A stretch of DNA of 43,223 bases from Eubacteriales bacterium (GCA_045601445.1 JAZRZQ010000065.1:1-43223), one strand, 5' to 3'; numbered from the stretch's first letter, positions 27,713 to 35,808 are shown. The notes: generated from the letters alone by a model not told the origin. Made by a program: numbers and translations.

Positions 27713-30106
27713 CTACTGAATTAGTTTTAATTTGGCGTAAGTGGCCATTAGTTTCTTTTCGCCGGCCTTGTCAAATTGAATTTTATACAAAACATCAGAA
27801 CCATATTTCTTTGCCGATAAGATCGTGCCATCGCCGAAAATTAGGTGCGTAACGCGATTTCCGACGGAAAAAACGGGGAGAGGAGCGCTTGGCTTTTTCG
27901 GTGGAAGATCACTTTCCGATCTTGGAGCTCTTCGCTCGAACGTCGTCACTCGGTGGACGATCGGCTTCTTATTTGTATAATCTGCATAGTAAGAAAGATT
28001 CTCTGTCTGATCTGGCTCGTATAGCTTAATATGAATATAATGCTCGGGAATCTCTCTAACGAAGCGCGAGACGGGGTTAACACTTGTTCTTCCATAAAGC
28101 ATTCTTTGGTAGGCACAGGTGATAAACAGACGCGACTTGGCTCTGGTCATTGCGACGTATGCAAGTCTTCGTTCCTCCTCGATGTCTTCTTCTGTGATCG
28201 TGGATTGAGCAGAAGGGAAGAGATTTTCCTCCATTCCGACAAGATAAACAACCGGAAATTCCAAGCCCTTTGCCGCGTGAATCGTCATCATAACGACGGA
28301 GTTGGTTTCTTCGTCGTAGTTATCGATGTCAGAGACCAGCGCAATTTCCTCCAAAAAACCGACAAGTGAAGGCTCATCGTTTTTTTCTTCATAAAAAAGG
28401 GCCGAGGAAATAAGCTCGTTTACGTTGTCTCTTTTCTCAGAGTTTTCGTCGCCAAGAAGTGTTTCCATATATCCTGTGCGATCAAGAACCGCTTTGACCG
28501 TCTCGGAAGGAAGGCTTTGGCTTGAAAAATCGGTAAGAGAGTCGATCAGACTTGTAAAATCTTTTAATCTTGACGCCGCTTTTGACAGCTCCGGGTATTG
28601 ATCGGCAGATCGAAGGACGTCGTAAAGACCGACACCGACTTGTTTTGCAATTTCTTGTGCGCGCTGCATCGTCGTCTGTCCGATTCCCCTGCGCGGTGTG
28701 TTAATGATTCGGTTCAAACTAACAGGATCATTTGGGTTTCTTAACACTCTAAGATAAGAAATAATGTCCTTGACCTCGGCGTGATCGTAAAAACGAAGGC
28801 CGGAGAGTAAACGGTGAGGAACACCCGATTTGGTAAAAACGGTTTCTAAGGCATTTGCCTGTGCTCTCGTTCGATATAGGATGGCAATATCGCGGTATGC
28901 AAATCCCTTGGCGACCACCATTTCGGAAATGCTCTCCGTGATAAATAGAGCCTCCTTTTCCTGATCGGCTAATTGATAAAGCCGTGGGCGAAAGCCCTGT
29001 TCATTTCTGCTTCTGAGCTTCTTATAGCGGCGGGATCTGTTGTGGGCGATCATTCCGTTCGCGGCTTCCACGATGGTAGCTGTCGATCGATAGTTATCCT
29101 CAAGGGTAATGACGGTTGCATCGGGGTACTGCTTGTCAAAGTCGAGAATGTTGGATATATCGGCGCCACGGAATTTGTAAATGCTTTGATCGTCATCACC
29201 GACGACCATTACGTTTCTGTGTCCGTCGCCGATCAGCTTCATCAGAAGGTATTGGACGTGGTTGGTGTCCTGGTATTCGTCAACCATAACGTGATGAAAT
29301 TTGTTTTGACACCAACGAAGCACGTCGGGATCGGTTTGCAGCATTCTGACCGTAACGCACAGTAGGTCATCAAAATCCATCGCGTTTGCCTTAAACAGCG
29401 TATCCTGATACTCCTGATAGATCTCGGCGCAAAGCTGCATTTTGGCAGAAAATTTTGCTCGTTCCTTGAAATCCTCGACGGTTTCAAGCTTATTTTTGGA
29501 ATTGGAGATGACGTTTAAAACGTACTTCGGAGTAAAGTCTCGGTCTTCGATGTTTTTTTGCTTGAGAATGTCGGAAATGATCTTTTTGCAGTCGTCTTGA
29601 TCGTAAATGGTAAAGTCTTTTCCGTATTGCGTATGATCCGAAAACATGCGAAGCAGTCGTACACAGATGGAGTGAAAGGTACCGGACCAAATCAGATCGG
29701 CGTTCTTTCCCAATACGTTGGAAAGTCGCTCTTTGATTTCGTTTGCGGCTTTGTTCGTAAAGGTGATGGCGAGAATGTTCGATGGATGACACGGCTCGTC
29801 CGCAAAGCCAAGCAGCGTTTGATAGAGAACGTCTCCGTTATTGCACCCATTCGGAGCAGCCAGCATCTTTAGCGTGCGGAATTCATCGTTTGTCATTGGA
29901 ATTTCCTTCTCGGAATAAAAGGCATTGCCAAAGCGGGCAATAAACGCAATTCTGTTAGCCAGAACGGTCGTTTTGCCGCTTCCGGCGCCGGCAACGACCA
30001 GCAAAGGGCCGTGAACGGTAAACACGGCTTGACGTTGATTCCGATTCAGCCAGGAATAGGCAAGATGAAACAGTGATCTTTTCAGTCGGTGAATTTCAGA
30101 TGTCAT
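27713..30106 (-). CDS. pcrA: ATP-dependent DNA helicase PcrA (UvrD/Rep superfamily 1A)
   Basis: AGAGSGKTT, VDEYQDTN, TIHAAKGLEFP, and a C-terminal Tudor-like tail GNRVTHLIFGDGTI. AAGGAGA RBS. Confidence 0.92.
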   Translation of the reverse strand: MTSEIHRLKRSLFHLAYSWLNRNQRQAVFTVHGPLLVVAGAGSGKTTVLANRIAFIARFGNAFYSEKEIPMTNDEFRTLKMLAAPNGCNNGDVLYQTLLGFADEPCHPSNILAITFTNKAANEIKERLSNVLGKNADLIWSGTFHSICVRLLRMFSDHTQYGKDFTIYDQDDCKKIISDILKQKNIEDRDFTPKYVLNVISNSKNKLETVEDFKERAKFSAKMQLCAEIYQEYQDTLFKANAMDFDDLLCVTVRMLQTDPDVLRWCQNKFHHVMVDEYQDTNHVQYLLMKLIGDGHRNVMVVGDDDQSIYKFRGADISNILDFDKQYPDATVITLEDNYRSTATIVEAANGMIAHNRSRRYKKLRSRNEQGFRPRLYQLADQEKEALFITESISEMVVAKGFAYRDIAILYRTRAQANALETVFTKSGVPHRLLSGLRFYDHAEVKDIISYLRVLRNPNDPVSLNRIINTPRRGIGQTTMQRAQEIAKQVGVGLYDVLRSADQYPELSKAASRLKDFTSLIDSLTDFSSQSLPSETVKAVLDRTGYMETLLGDENSEKRDNVNELISSALFYEEKNDEPSLVGFLEEIALVSDIDNYDEETNSVVMMTIHAAKGLEFPVVYLVGMEENLFPSAQSTITEEDIEEERRLAYVAMTRAKSRLFITCAYQRMLYGRTSVNPVSRFVREIPEHYIHIKLYEPDQTENLSYYADYTNKKPIVHRVTTFERRAPRSESDLPPKKPSAPLPVFSVGNRVTHLIFGDGTILSAKKYGSDVLYKIQFDKAGEKKLMATYAKLKLIQ

Positions 30107-30177
30107 AGTTCTTCTCCTTACCGGATTATTATAAGGGATTTGGAAGTAAAAGTAAAGAATTGCAATGCATTTTATCC

Positions 30178-30206
30178 TTGAATTTTAAGACGAAATGTGA
30201 TATGCT
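30178..30206 (+). promoter_or_regulatory. sigma-A-type promoter TTGAAT-17-TATGCT with an extended -10 TG
   Basis: Hexamers at 30178-30183 and 30201-30206. Confidence 0.4.
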
Positions 30207-30224
30207 GATCTTTGAGGTGAAACC

Positions 30225-30731
30225 ATGCAAACAATTCAAGCTTGTTCCTTTACGGGCCACCGCCCAAAATCTTTTTCCTTCGGAGCTGATGAGACGTCTG
30301 CTGAGTTTGCAGAGTTTTATCAGCGGCTTCGGAACACCATCATTCAGGTATGTAATGCGGGATGTCGTCGATTTTACTGCGGTATGGCCGAGGGGGTTGA
30401 TCTTTGGTGTGCTGAAATCGTTCTTTCCTTGAGGGATCATTTCCGGCCTGCTCTTGAGATTATTCCGGTCGTTCCTTACTTTGCTCAGCCGGATACGATG
30501 TCCAAAATCAACAAAGAACGCTATCGCGCGGTGATGGATGCTTCCTCAGAACGCTTCTTGGTTTCGCGTCGCTTTACAAAGTCCTGCTTTTTGAAGCGTA
30601 ATCAGTTTCTTGTCGATTCGGCAGATGCTTTGATTGCTGTTTTGAAAAAAGGCGAGGAACGCTCGGGAACAGGTCAGACCGTTCGCTATGCAACCAAAAA
30701 AAAGAAAACAATTTTTTTGATTGATGTTTAA
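30225..30731 (+). CDS. DUF1273 / YpsA-like SLOG-family protein
   Basis: CSFTGHRPK near the N-terminus, then GMAEGVDLW. Size is 168 aa. Confidence 0.85.
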   Translation: MQTIQACSFTGHRPKSFSFGADETSAEFAEFYQRLRNTIIQVCNAGCRRFYCGMAEGVDLWCAEIVLSLRDHFRPALEIIPVVPYFAQPDTMSKINKERYRAVMDASSERFLVSRRFTKSCFLKRNQFLVDSADALIAVLKKGEERSGTGQTVRYATKKKKTIFLIDV

Positions 30732-30740
30732 AGCAATAGG

Positions 30741-30776
30741 AAAGGACAGAGAATGCTACATTCTCTGTCCTTTTTG
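30741..30776. terminator. bidirectional intrinsic terminator between convergent genes
   Basis: 12-bp stem GGACAGAGAATG/CATTCTCTGTCC (30744-30770) with a T5 run after it and AAA before it. Confidence 0.8.
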
Positions 30777-30792
30777 ACGGAATAAGGAAATT

Positions 30793-31974
30793 TTATTTTT
30801 CTTTTGCGGCATTCAAGGATTTGATTCCGAAATAAGTGAATGTGAAGTATGAAGCAAAATGTGCGACCGTCATAATCAAGGCAACCATAACGGCATTGAT
30901 AAGCGAACCGCGAATCAAAAGCCAACCAATCATAATGACGGCAAAAAGGATGCCGTGGGGAAGGATTCCCTTGAGACTGAATTTTTTGAAATTTGCACTA
31001 CCGTTCTTAGCGGCGTTCAGCGCCTTCAACTCATAGATGATGGTAAGAACGAGCATAACGGTAAATGTGATAATGGTAACAAAATTCAGAAGATAATAAG
31101 TGTTGGCGAGATAGGCCAAAAAGATTGCAACGGTGGAAAGAACGCTCAAAGAGGCAAACAGGCCGGATAACTTTCCCTTAACGATCAGGATTGCAACCCC
31201 TGCAACAAGGAGAAGAGCGGGGATTGCATAGATGACGGCAAGAATGGGCGTAGACAGCGTCGGAGCAAGCGCCTCGGTCGAAACGATTTCCATTTTTGCG
31301 GGAAGCTCGCCCGAATTGATGATCGTTGTGATAATGTTGGCGGAGTTGTAATCAAAAGAGCCGAACTTGTAGGTATCGGTAATCGTTTTCGGAACTTCAC
31401 CGGCGGCAGTATAAGCGCCGTCAACCATCAAGTAGATGTATGCAGACGAGGTCTGGTAGGATTTCGTGTTGTTTTTAAAGGCGGTGAGGCCTTCGGCGGT
31501 GAACTTGATTTCAACTTGATAAGCGCCGGTCAGGGAAGTGACGACTTTTGCGCTTTCCACCATCGAGGCGTCACAAATCGTCTCGGACATGGTAGAACCG
31601 GTAAAGTTCCACTCACCGACGTTGGCGACGGAATCCATCAAGGAGGCAATGTCCTGCGTTTGAGCAACGTCAATGCGGATTTTTTCGTCAACAACCTCTA
31701 CCGAGGCGTCGTCGTATTCTCTGGAGAGCAGACGCTCGCGAAGAACCTTGGCGGTGTAATTTAAATTGTCGGCAGAAGAGGTAACCTGTGAGGATTCGGG
31801 AAATGTCAGATAGATGGCAGTTCCGTTTCCGAATTTGCGATTGGCAACGACTGCGTTCTGATCCAAGATACCGTTTCCATCATAATCGGCAAACTTAAAT
31901 CCGAACAGAGAAATCATCAGTACACAGACAAAAAGCAGTGCAATTGTCGCGAACTTTAAAACATTTTTCAACAT
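30793..31974 (-). CDS. SecD-like membrane protein: TM1, a P1-like extracytoplasmic domain, then 5 TM, with a divergent TM core
   Basis: The architecture and the segments TAKVLRERLLS...IRIDV, YLMVDGAYTAAGEV and GELPAKMEIVSTEALAPTLS resemble the SecD periplasmic domain. I could not see the conserved TM motifs LTLPGIAG and AVDANV. Confidence 0.6.
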   Translation of the reverse strand: MLKNVLKFATIALLFVCVLMISLFGFKFADYDGNGILDQNAVVANRKFGNGTAIYLTFPESSQVTSSADNLNYTAKVLRERLLSREYDDASVEVVDEKIRIDVAQTQDIASLMDSVANVGEWNFTGSTMSETICDASMVESAKVVTSLTGAYQVEIKFTAEGLTAFKNNTKSYQTSSAYIYLMVDGAYTAAGEVPKTITDTYKFGSFDYNSANIITTIINSGELPAKMEIVSTEALAPTLSTPILAVIYAIPALLLVAGVAILIVKGKLSGLFASLSVLSTVAIFLAYLANTYYLLNFVTIITFTVMLVLTIIYELKALNAAKNGSANFKKFSLKGILPHGILFAVIMIGWLLIRGSLINAVMVALIMTVAHFASYFTFTYFGIKSLNAAKEK

Positions 31975-32015
31975 ATTGTTATACCTTTCTTGGCCCGAGG
32001 GCTTTTAATCGTCTT

Positions 32016-32044
32016 ATTATATACAAAAATGAGCGGTTCGTCAA
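32016..32044 (-). promoter_or_regulatory. sigma-A-type promoter TTGACG-17-TATAAT (minus strand) for the SecD-like gene
   Basis: The -35 is at 32044-32039 and the -10 at 32021-32016. Confidence 0.5.
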
Positions 32045-32048
32045 GTGC

Positions 32049-33329
32049 TCACAGGCCGAGAAGTTTCTCCAAAGCCGCAAGACGTGCACAAATCGTAATA
32101 TACTTTGCGATCGGACCGACGTTTTCAATCAAAACGTTACTGGGGGCAATGCGCAGGTTCGAGTCGTTCGGGTCGTTCTTGTAGGGGTAAGTAGCACCAA
32201 CGTTCGTGAGAGTAACGCCGATTTCTTTTGCTAAATTCCAAGTGCGTTTTGCAGTACCGCTCATTACCTCGAGGCTGACAAAATAGCCGCCTCTCGGCTT
32301 AATCCAACTTGCAATACCGCTATCGCCAAAGCCCTCTTCAAAGGTCTTGGTAACAGCATCAAACTTGGGGCGAAGAATGTCGGCGTGCTTTTTCATCGTG
32401 CGGTACACACCGTCCGCATCCTTGAAGTAACGGTAGTGACGAAGCTGATTGACCTTGTCGTAACCGAGGCCTTCCATAGAAAGCATCTTTTCAAGCCAAG
32501 TAATGTTGGCCTTGGAGGAAGCGGCAAAGCAAACACCACCGCCTGCGAGGGTGATTTTGGAGGTCGAACAGAAGGAAAAGACGATGTCTTCATTGCCGTA
32601 TTTCTTCGCTTCGCTGTGGATGTTCAAAAGGGAATCCTTTTCATCGTACAGATCGTGTACCAGATAAGCATTATCCCAAAAAATTCTGAAATCCTTGGCC
32701 TTCGGCTGGAGCTTGGCAAAGCGGACCACCGTTTCATCACTGTATGTAATGCCGGTCGGGTTGGAATACTTCGGCACACACCAAATACCCTTGATCGTCT
32801 CGTCATTGCGAACGGCGTCTTCGATGAAATCCATATCAGGGCCTGTGGAGAGCATCTTAACGGGAATCATCTCGATTCCGAGGTGCTCGCAAATTGAAAA
32901 GTGACGGTCATAACCCGGGGCAGGGCAGAGGAAACGAACCTTGTCATATTTTCCCCAAGCCTTTTCCGATTGTTCAAAGCCGATCGCCATCGCATCAACG
33001 ATAATGTTGTACATCAAGTTAAGCGAGGAGTTTCCGCCGGTGAAGATTTCATCCTCTTCGACGTCCATAATTTGCGCGAAAATACGCTTTAATTCGGGAA
33101 TACCGGTAGGAAGGCCGTAATTGCGCACGTCAAATCCGGTTTCGCACTTGCAGTCCTCGGCAGTTTCCAGAATGGTCATCAATTCCATACATAGATCAAG
33201 CTGAGCTTTTTCGGGCTTTCCCCTTGACATATCAAGGCTCAGCTTCTGATCCTTGATTTCTTGCCACTGAGCACGAACCCGAGCGTATTCGGATTGTAGC
33301 TGATTCTTATCTAAATCGGTGTACTTCAT
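32049..33329 (-). CDS. class I/II PLP-dependent aminotransferase (426 aa)
   Basis: LDMSRGKP near the N-terminus. PLP-lysine context FCSTSKITLAGGG. Substrate specificity cannot be assigned. Confidence 0.85.
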   Translation of the reverse strand: MKYTDLDKNQLQSEYARVRAQWQEIKDQKLSLDMSRGKPEKAQLDLCMELMTILETAEDCKCETGFDVRNYGLPTGIPELKRIFAQIMDVEEDEIFTGGNSSLNLMYNIIVDAMAIGFEQSEKAWGKYDKVRFLCPAPGYDRHFSICEHLGIEMIPVKMLSTGPDMDFIEDAVRNDETIKGIWCVPKYSNPTGITYSDETVVRFAKLQPKAKDFRIFWDNAYLVHDLYDEKDSLLNIHSEAKKYGNEDIVFSFCSTSKITLAGGGVCFAASSKANITWLEKMLSMEGLGYDKVNQLRHYRYFKDADGVYRTMKKHADILRPKFDAVTKTFEEGFGDSGIASWIKPRGGYFVSLEVMSGTAKRTWNLAKEIGVTLTNVGATYPYKNDPNDSNLRIAPSNVLIENVGPIAKYITICARLAALEKLLGL

Positions 33330-33412
33330 ATCCTAATCTCCTTACCGTTTCGAAAATTCTTGATAATGACAGTTGGTTTCCATCAAAAAATGCGATGATA
33401 AAATCATCAAAT

Positions 33413-33441
33413 ATTATATAACAATCGGGGACTTAATTCAA
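33413..33441 (-). promoter_or_regulatory. sigma-A-type promoter TTGAAT-17-TATAAT (minus strand) for the aminotransferase gene
   Basis: The -35 is at 33441-33436 and the -10 at 33418-33413. Confidence 0.5.
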
Positions 33442-33472
33442 TAGATAATAACAATTTTTTTGGATTTTTCCA

Positions 33473-33508
33473 TAAAAAAGGCGACAATCCAAAGTTGAAT
33501 TGTCGCCA
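33473..33508 (-). terminator. intrinsic terminator after the 171-aa hypothetical gene
   Basis: 9-bp stem GGCGACAAT/ATTGTCGCC (33480-33507), followed on the minus strand by a T6 run (33474-33479). Confidence 0.75.
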
Positions 33509-33512
33509 AGTC

Positions 33513-34028
33513 TTAGATGAATTCCGCTTTGCAACGAAGAGCAAAGAGCTTTCGGAGCCATTCCGGCCTATTATCTATTATTTCTTTTAACTTCAGCAGA
33601 GAACGCTTCCCGATCCTTCGATCGAGAACAGCAAACATCTCTACGAGGGGATTGTCGGAAAAAAGGCTCGCTTGAACGTCTTGATTGCGATATTGTTTTA
33701 ATGCATCCGTAAATTCCTCATCCGTATATTCTGTTCTGTCGAGAATCGTGTAGCGATTCAGCAAGGTCCAGTATTCTTCCCAGTATTCCATACGACCAAA
33801 GGGATCGGGATTTGTTTTGTAGCCGCATGCAATAAAATAACTGTTTACCGTTTCCCAGGAAAAACGCTTAAAGAGCTGATCGTCAACGTAGACCTCGAAC
33901 AGGCAGCAGCCATCCATTCCTTTGTAGGTTGTGCAGTTATAACGGATTCTTTGAGACAAGGAGTCGGCGAGCATTTCATCTTCCAAGTATTTTCTCATGC
34001 CGCTCCAAGAAGAGAGAATTTTGGGCAT
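33513..34028 (-). CDS. conserved-looking hypothetical protein (171 aa), rich in Trp, Tyr and Cys
   Basis: G-rich RBS and its own terminator. It vaguely resembles a widespread uncharacterised family, but I cannot name that family reliably. Confidence 0.65.
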   Translation of the reverse strand: MPKILSSWSGMRKYLEDEMLADSLSQRIRYNCTTYKGMDGCCLFEVYVDDQLFKRFSWETVNSYFIACGYKTNPDPFGRMEYWEEYWTLLNRYTILDRTEYTDEEFTDALKQYRNQDVQASLFSDNPLVEMFAVLDRRIGKRSLLKLKEIIDNRPEWLRKLFALRCKAEFI

Positions 34029-34199
34029 TTGATACCCCCCCTTTTTTGTACTTTCTTTTACTTCCGGGGAACATTGAAAATTGAAAATCTAAAAAGTAAA
34101 AATCGACATCCTTCTGTCGAAGAATGTCGATATTTGTCTATGGGCTACAAAAAAGATATTTTCGGCAGTTTTGTCGTATGAATTTGAACTCTTACAGAA

Positions 34200-34368
34200 A
34201 ATGAAATCCTTGCTGACGCAAGGATGAAATCAGCTAACGCTGATGAAATCTTCGGCTTTGCCTCAGATGAAATTAAATCCACCCATCCGCCGTCGAGGCG
34301 GATTTCACCCAACGAAGTTGGATTTCATCGTCGAAGACGATTTCACCCACCAGCAAGGGTGGATTTAG
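34200..34368. repeat. array of seven mini-hairpins built on the 9-mer GATGAAATC (4 copies), then its reverse complement GATTTCAYC (3-4 copies)
   Basis: Motif copies sit at 34201, 34223, 34242 and 34266 (+ orientation) and at 34301, 34321, 34339 and 34362 (inverted). Hairpins: 34206-34225, 34229-34244, 34248-34268, 34285-34303, 34309-34321, 34327-34341, 34347-34362. Confidence 0.8.
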
Positions 34369-34374
34369 TTGAAA

Positions 34375-34405
34375 CCGACAGATTCCTGTCGGAATCTGTC
34401 TTTTT
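34375..34405 (+). terminator. strong intrinsic terminator with its T-tract on the + strand, abutting the tRNA-Ser 3' end
   Basis: 10-bp stem GACAGATTCC/GGAATCTGTC (34377-34400) with a 4-nt loop, then TTTTT at 34401-34405. On the minus strand only GGTTTC follows the stem. Confidence 0.7.
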
Positions 34406-34406
34406 C

Positions 34407-34498
34407 TGGCGGAAAGACAGGGATTCGAACCCTGGAGTGGGTATTAGCCACTACACGATTTCCAGTCGTGCGCCTTAGACCAGCTCAGCCATCTTTCC
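34407..34498 (-). tRNA. tRNA-Ser (anticodon GGA), class II with a long variable arm and an encoded CCA
   Basis: The reverse complement folds as follows: acceptor GGAAAGA/TCTTTCC, anticodon stem CACGA/TCGTG, loop CTGGAAA, variable arm GTGG..CCAC, T-arm CAGGG-TTCGAAT-CCCTG, then G-CCA. Confidence 0.93.
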
Positions 34499-34558
34499 AT
34501 AGCACATTTGGAACGCAAATTATAATAACACATCATTTTAGAAAAATCAAGCCTTTTT

Positions 34559-35059
34559 TTATTTTTTATTAAAAAAAAGATGAGAATGCAGGAGGAAAGA
34601 TACGATCAGGCCGTTAAAAAGACCGCTGAAGATTGCGACGATGATAAGGATCGGAGCGTAGAAGAGAATAGCATCGCTTTGCATGATGAGCCAAAAGACA
34701 ACGCACTGCGATAAAACGTGAAACAATGAACCAAATACGCTGATGATCCAAATAAAGGATCGGTTGAAAACTTTTTTTAACAGCCACATACAAGCGAGGG
34801 AACAGATGGCGCCGGAAAGACTGTAACACAGGGTGATTAAGGAGCCGTGCGAAAAGAAGACGACAGCGACTCGGATCAAAGAAACCAAAAAAGCACTGCC
34901 TGCCGACTCGGTATAAAGAATCAGCAAGATGATCGAATTGGCAAGCCCAAGCTTGATCCCGGGGATCGGGAAGGAAAAAGACAACTGTGCTTCAAGGATC
35001 GACAGCGCGATTGCGCAGCTACAGTACAGCGAGAGTCTGGTTAAAGTCTTGATCTTCAT
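34559..35059 (-). CDS. Gx transporter family membrane protein (Hpre_diP_synt_I-like)
   Basis: N-terminus LTRLSLYCSCAIALSILEAQLSFSFPIPGIKLGLANS and 5 TM helices. It lies 1 nt downstream of the NusG-II gene, the usual partner. Confidence 0.8.
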   Translation of the reverse strand: MKIKTLTRLSLYCSCAIALSILEAQLSFSFPIPGIKLGLANSIILLILYTESAGSAFLVSLIRVAVVFFSHGSLITLCYSLSGAICSLACMWLLKKVFNRSFIWIISVFGSLFHVLSQCVVFWLIMQSDAILFYAPILIIVAIFSGLFNGLIVSFLLHSHLFFNKK

Positions 35060-35060
35060 A

Positions 35061-35438
35061 TTACTCTACCACAGCATCAAATGGGAGATTGGGGTTGGTA
35101 AAAGCGATTTCGATCCGATTCGGAAGGCAAACGATCGGGTATTCGGATAAATAGCCCTGCTTTTTGCAATCCTGTCCCGCGCAAACGGAGGATTCGACCC
35201 AAACTCTTTGATCCTTAATCCTAATCGTCATTTTTCCGTTTACATCAATCAGTTGATCGTCATTCACTTCAAAAATGCCGAAAACGGCACCGTCACAGGT
35301 TACCGTGACCGTGCCATTGTCTTGATCATTGCTATGAATGAGTGCTGTGCAAAATAGCACAAGCGACAGGAAAAATACAGCAAAAGAAGCGTGGATGAAA
35401 AAATTACTCTTCGTCTTCTGCATCAGCGGGAATTTCAA
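35061..35438 (-). CDS. NusG domain II-containing protein
   Basis: N-terminal TM, then CAGQDCKKQGYLSEYPIVCLPNRIEIAF, typical of the NusG_II family. Start is 35438 or 35423; both overlap the yajC 3' end. Confidence 0.75.
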   Translation of the reverse strand: MKFPLMQKTKSNFFIHASFAVFFLSLVLFCTALIHSNDQDNGTVTVTCDGAVFGIFEVNDDQLIDVNGKMTIRIKDQRVWVESSVCAGQDCKKQGYLSEYPIVCLPNRIEIAFTNPNLPFDAVVE

Positions 35439-35691
35439 CCTGTCTGACGGCCCATTTGAAAATTTTCAGCTTGTTGCGGTCAGAACCGGTTTCAATGGTA
35501 ATAATGTCGTCTTTGATTTTAACGATTCTTCCGAGAATGCCGCCGGTGGTGGAAATTTCGTCACCGATTTGGAGACTGTCTCGCATCTTGGCGGTTTCCT
35601 TTTCTTGCTTTTTTTGCGGACGGTAGATCATAAAATAAAAGATGGCAACGAATGCTACCAGCATAACGATCATCGATACTTGTTCGCCCAT
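35404..35691 (-). CDS. yajC: preprotein translocase subunit YajC
   Basis: IVMLVAFVAIFYFMIYRPQKKQEKE...LQIGDEISTTGGILGRIVKIKDD. Start set at ATG 35691, 6 nt after GAGGAGG. Confidence 0.88.
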   Translation of the reverse strand: MGEQVSMIVMLVAFVAIFYFMIYRPQKKQEKETAKMRDSLQIGDEISTTGGILGRIVKIKDDIITIETGSDRNKLKIFKWAVRQVEIPADAEDEE

Positions 35692-35780
35692 TTCATACCT
35701 CCTCAAGTTTTGTTTAGGCTATTATAGTGCATTTGTTTCGATTTTACAATGCCTTTGACAATTTTTTCGGAAAATGAATC

Positions 35781-35808
35781 TTGAATTTTTTTGCTGTTTT
35801 GCTATAAT
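35781..35808 (+). promoter_or_regulatory. sigma-A-type promoter TTGAAT-16-TATAAT upstream of ruvX
   Basis: Hexamers at 35781-35786 and 35803-35808. The promoter lies inside the ORF-track extension, which supports the downstream start. Confidence 0.4.

Noticed and set aside
26577-30106. Helicase plus P-loop ATPase pair considered as a possible defence system
   Set aside because: The helicase has all PcrA housekeeping hallmarks, including the C-terminal Tudor-like domain. The ATPase resembles a widely conserved uncharacterised family. No nuclease, methylase or mobile-element context is present.
33385-33412. Small hairpin GATGAT-TTT-ATCATC followed by GCATTTTTT in the aminotransferase 5' leader, considered as a possible attenuator or riboswitch
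   Set aside because: The stem is only 6 bp and AT-rich, with a 3-nt loop. There is no upstream aptamer-like or T-box-like structure. The evidence is insufficient.
34224-34478. 84-aa ORF (MKSANADEIFGFASDEIK...) across the hairpin array
   Set aside because: It reads through the terminator hairpin and runs antisense into the tRNA-Ser gene. Its repetitive peptide simply reflects the DNA repeat. There is no RBS.
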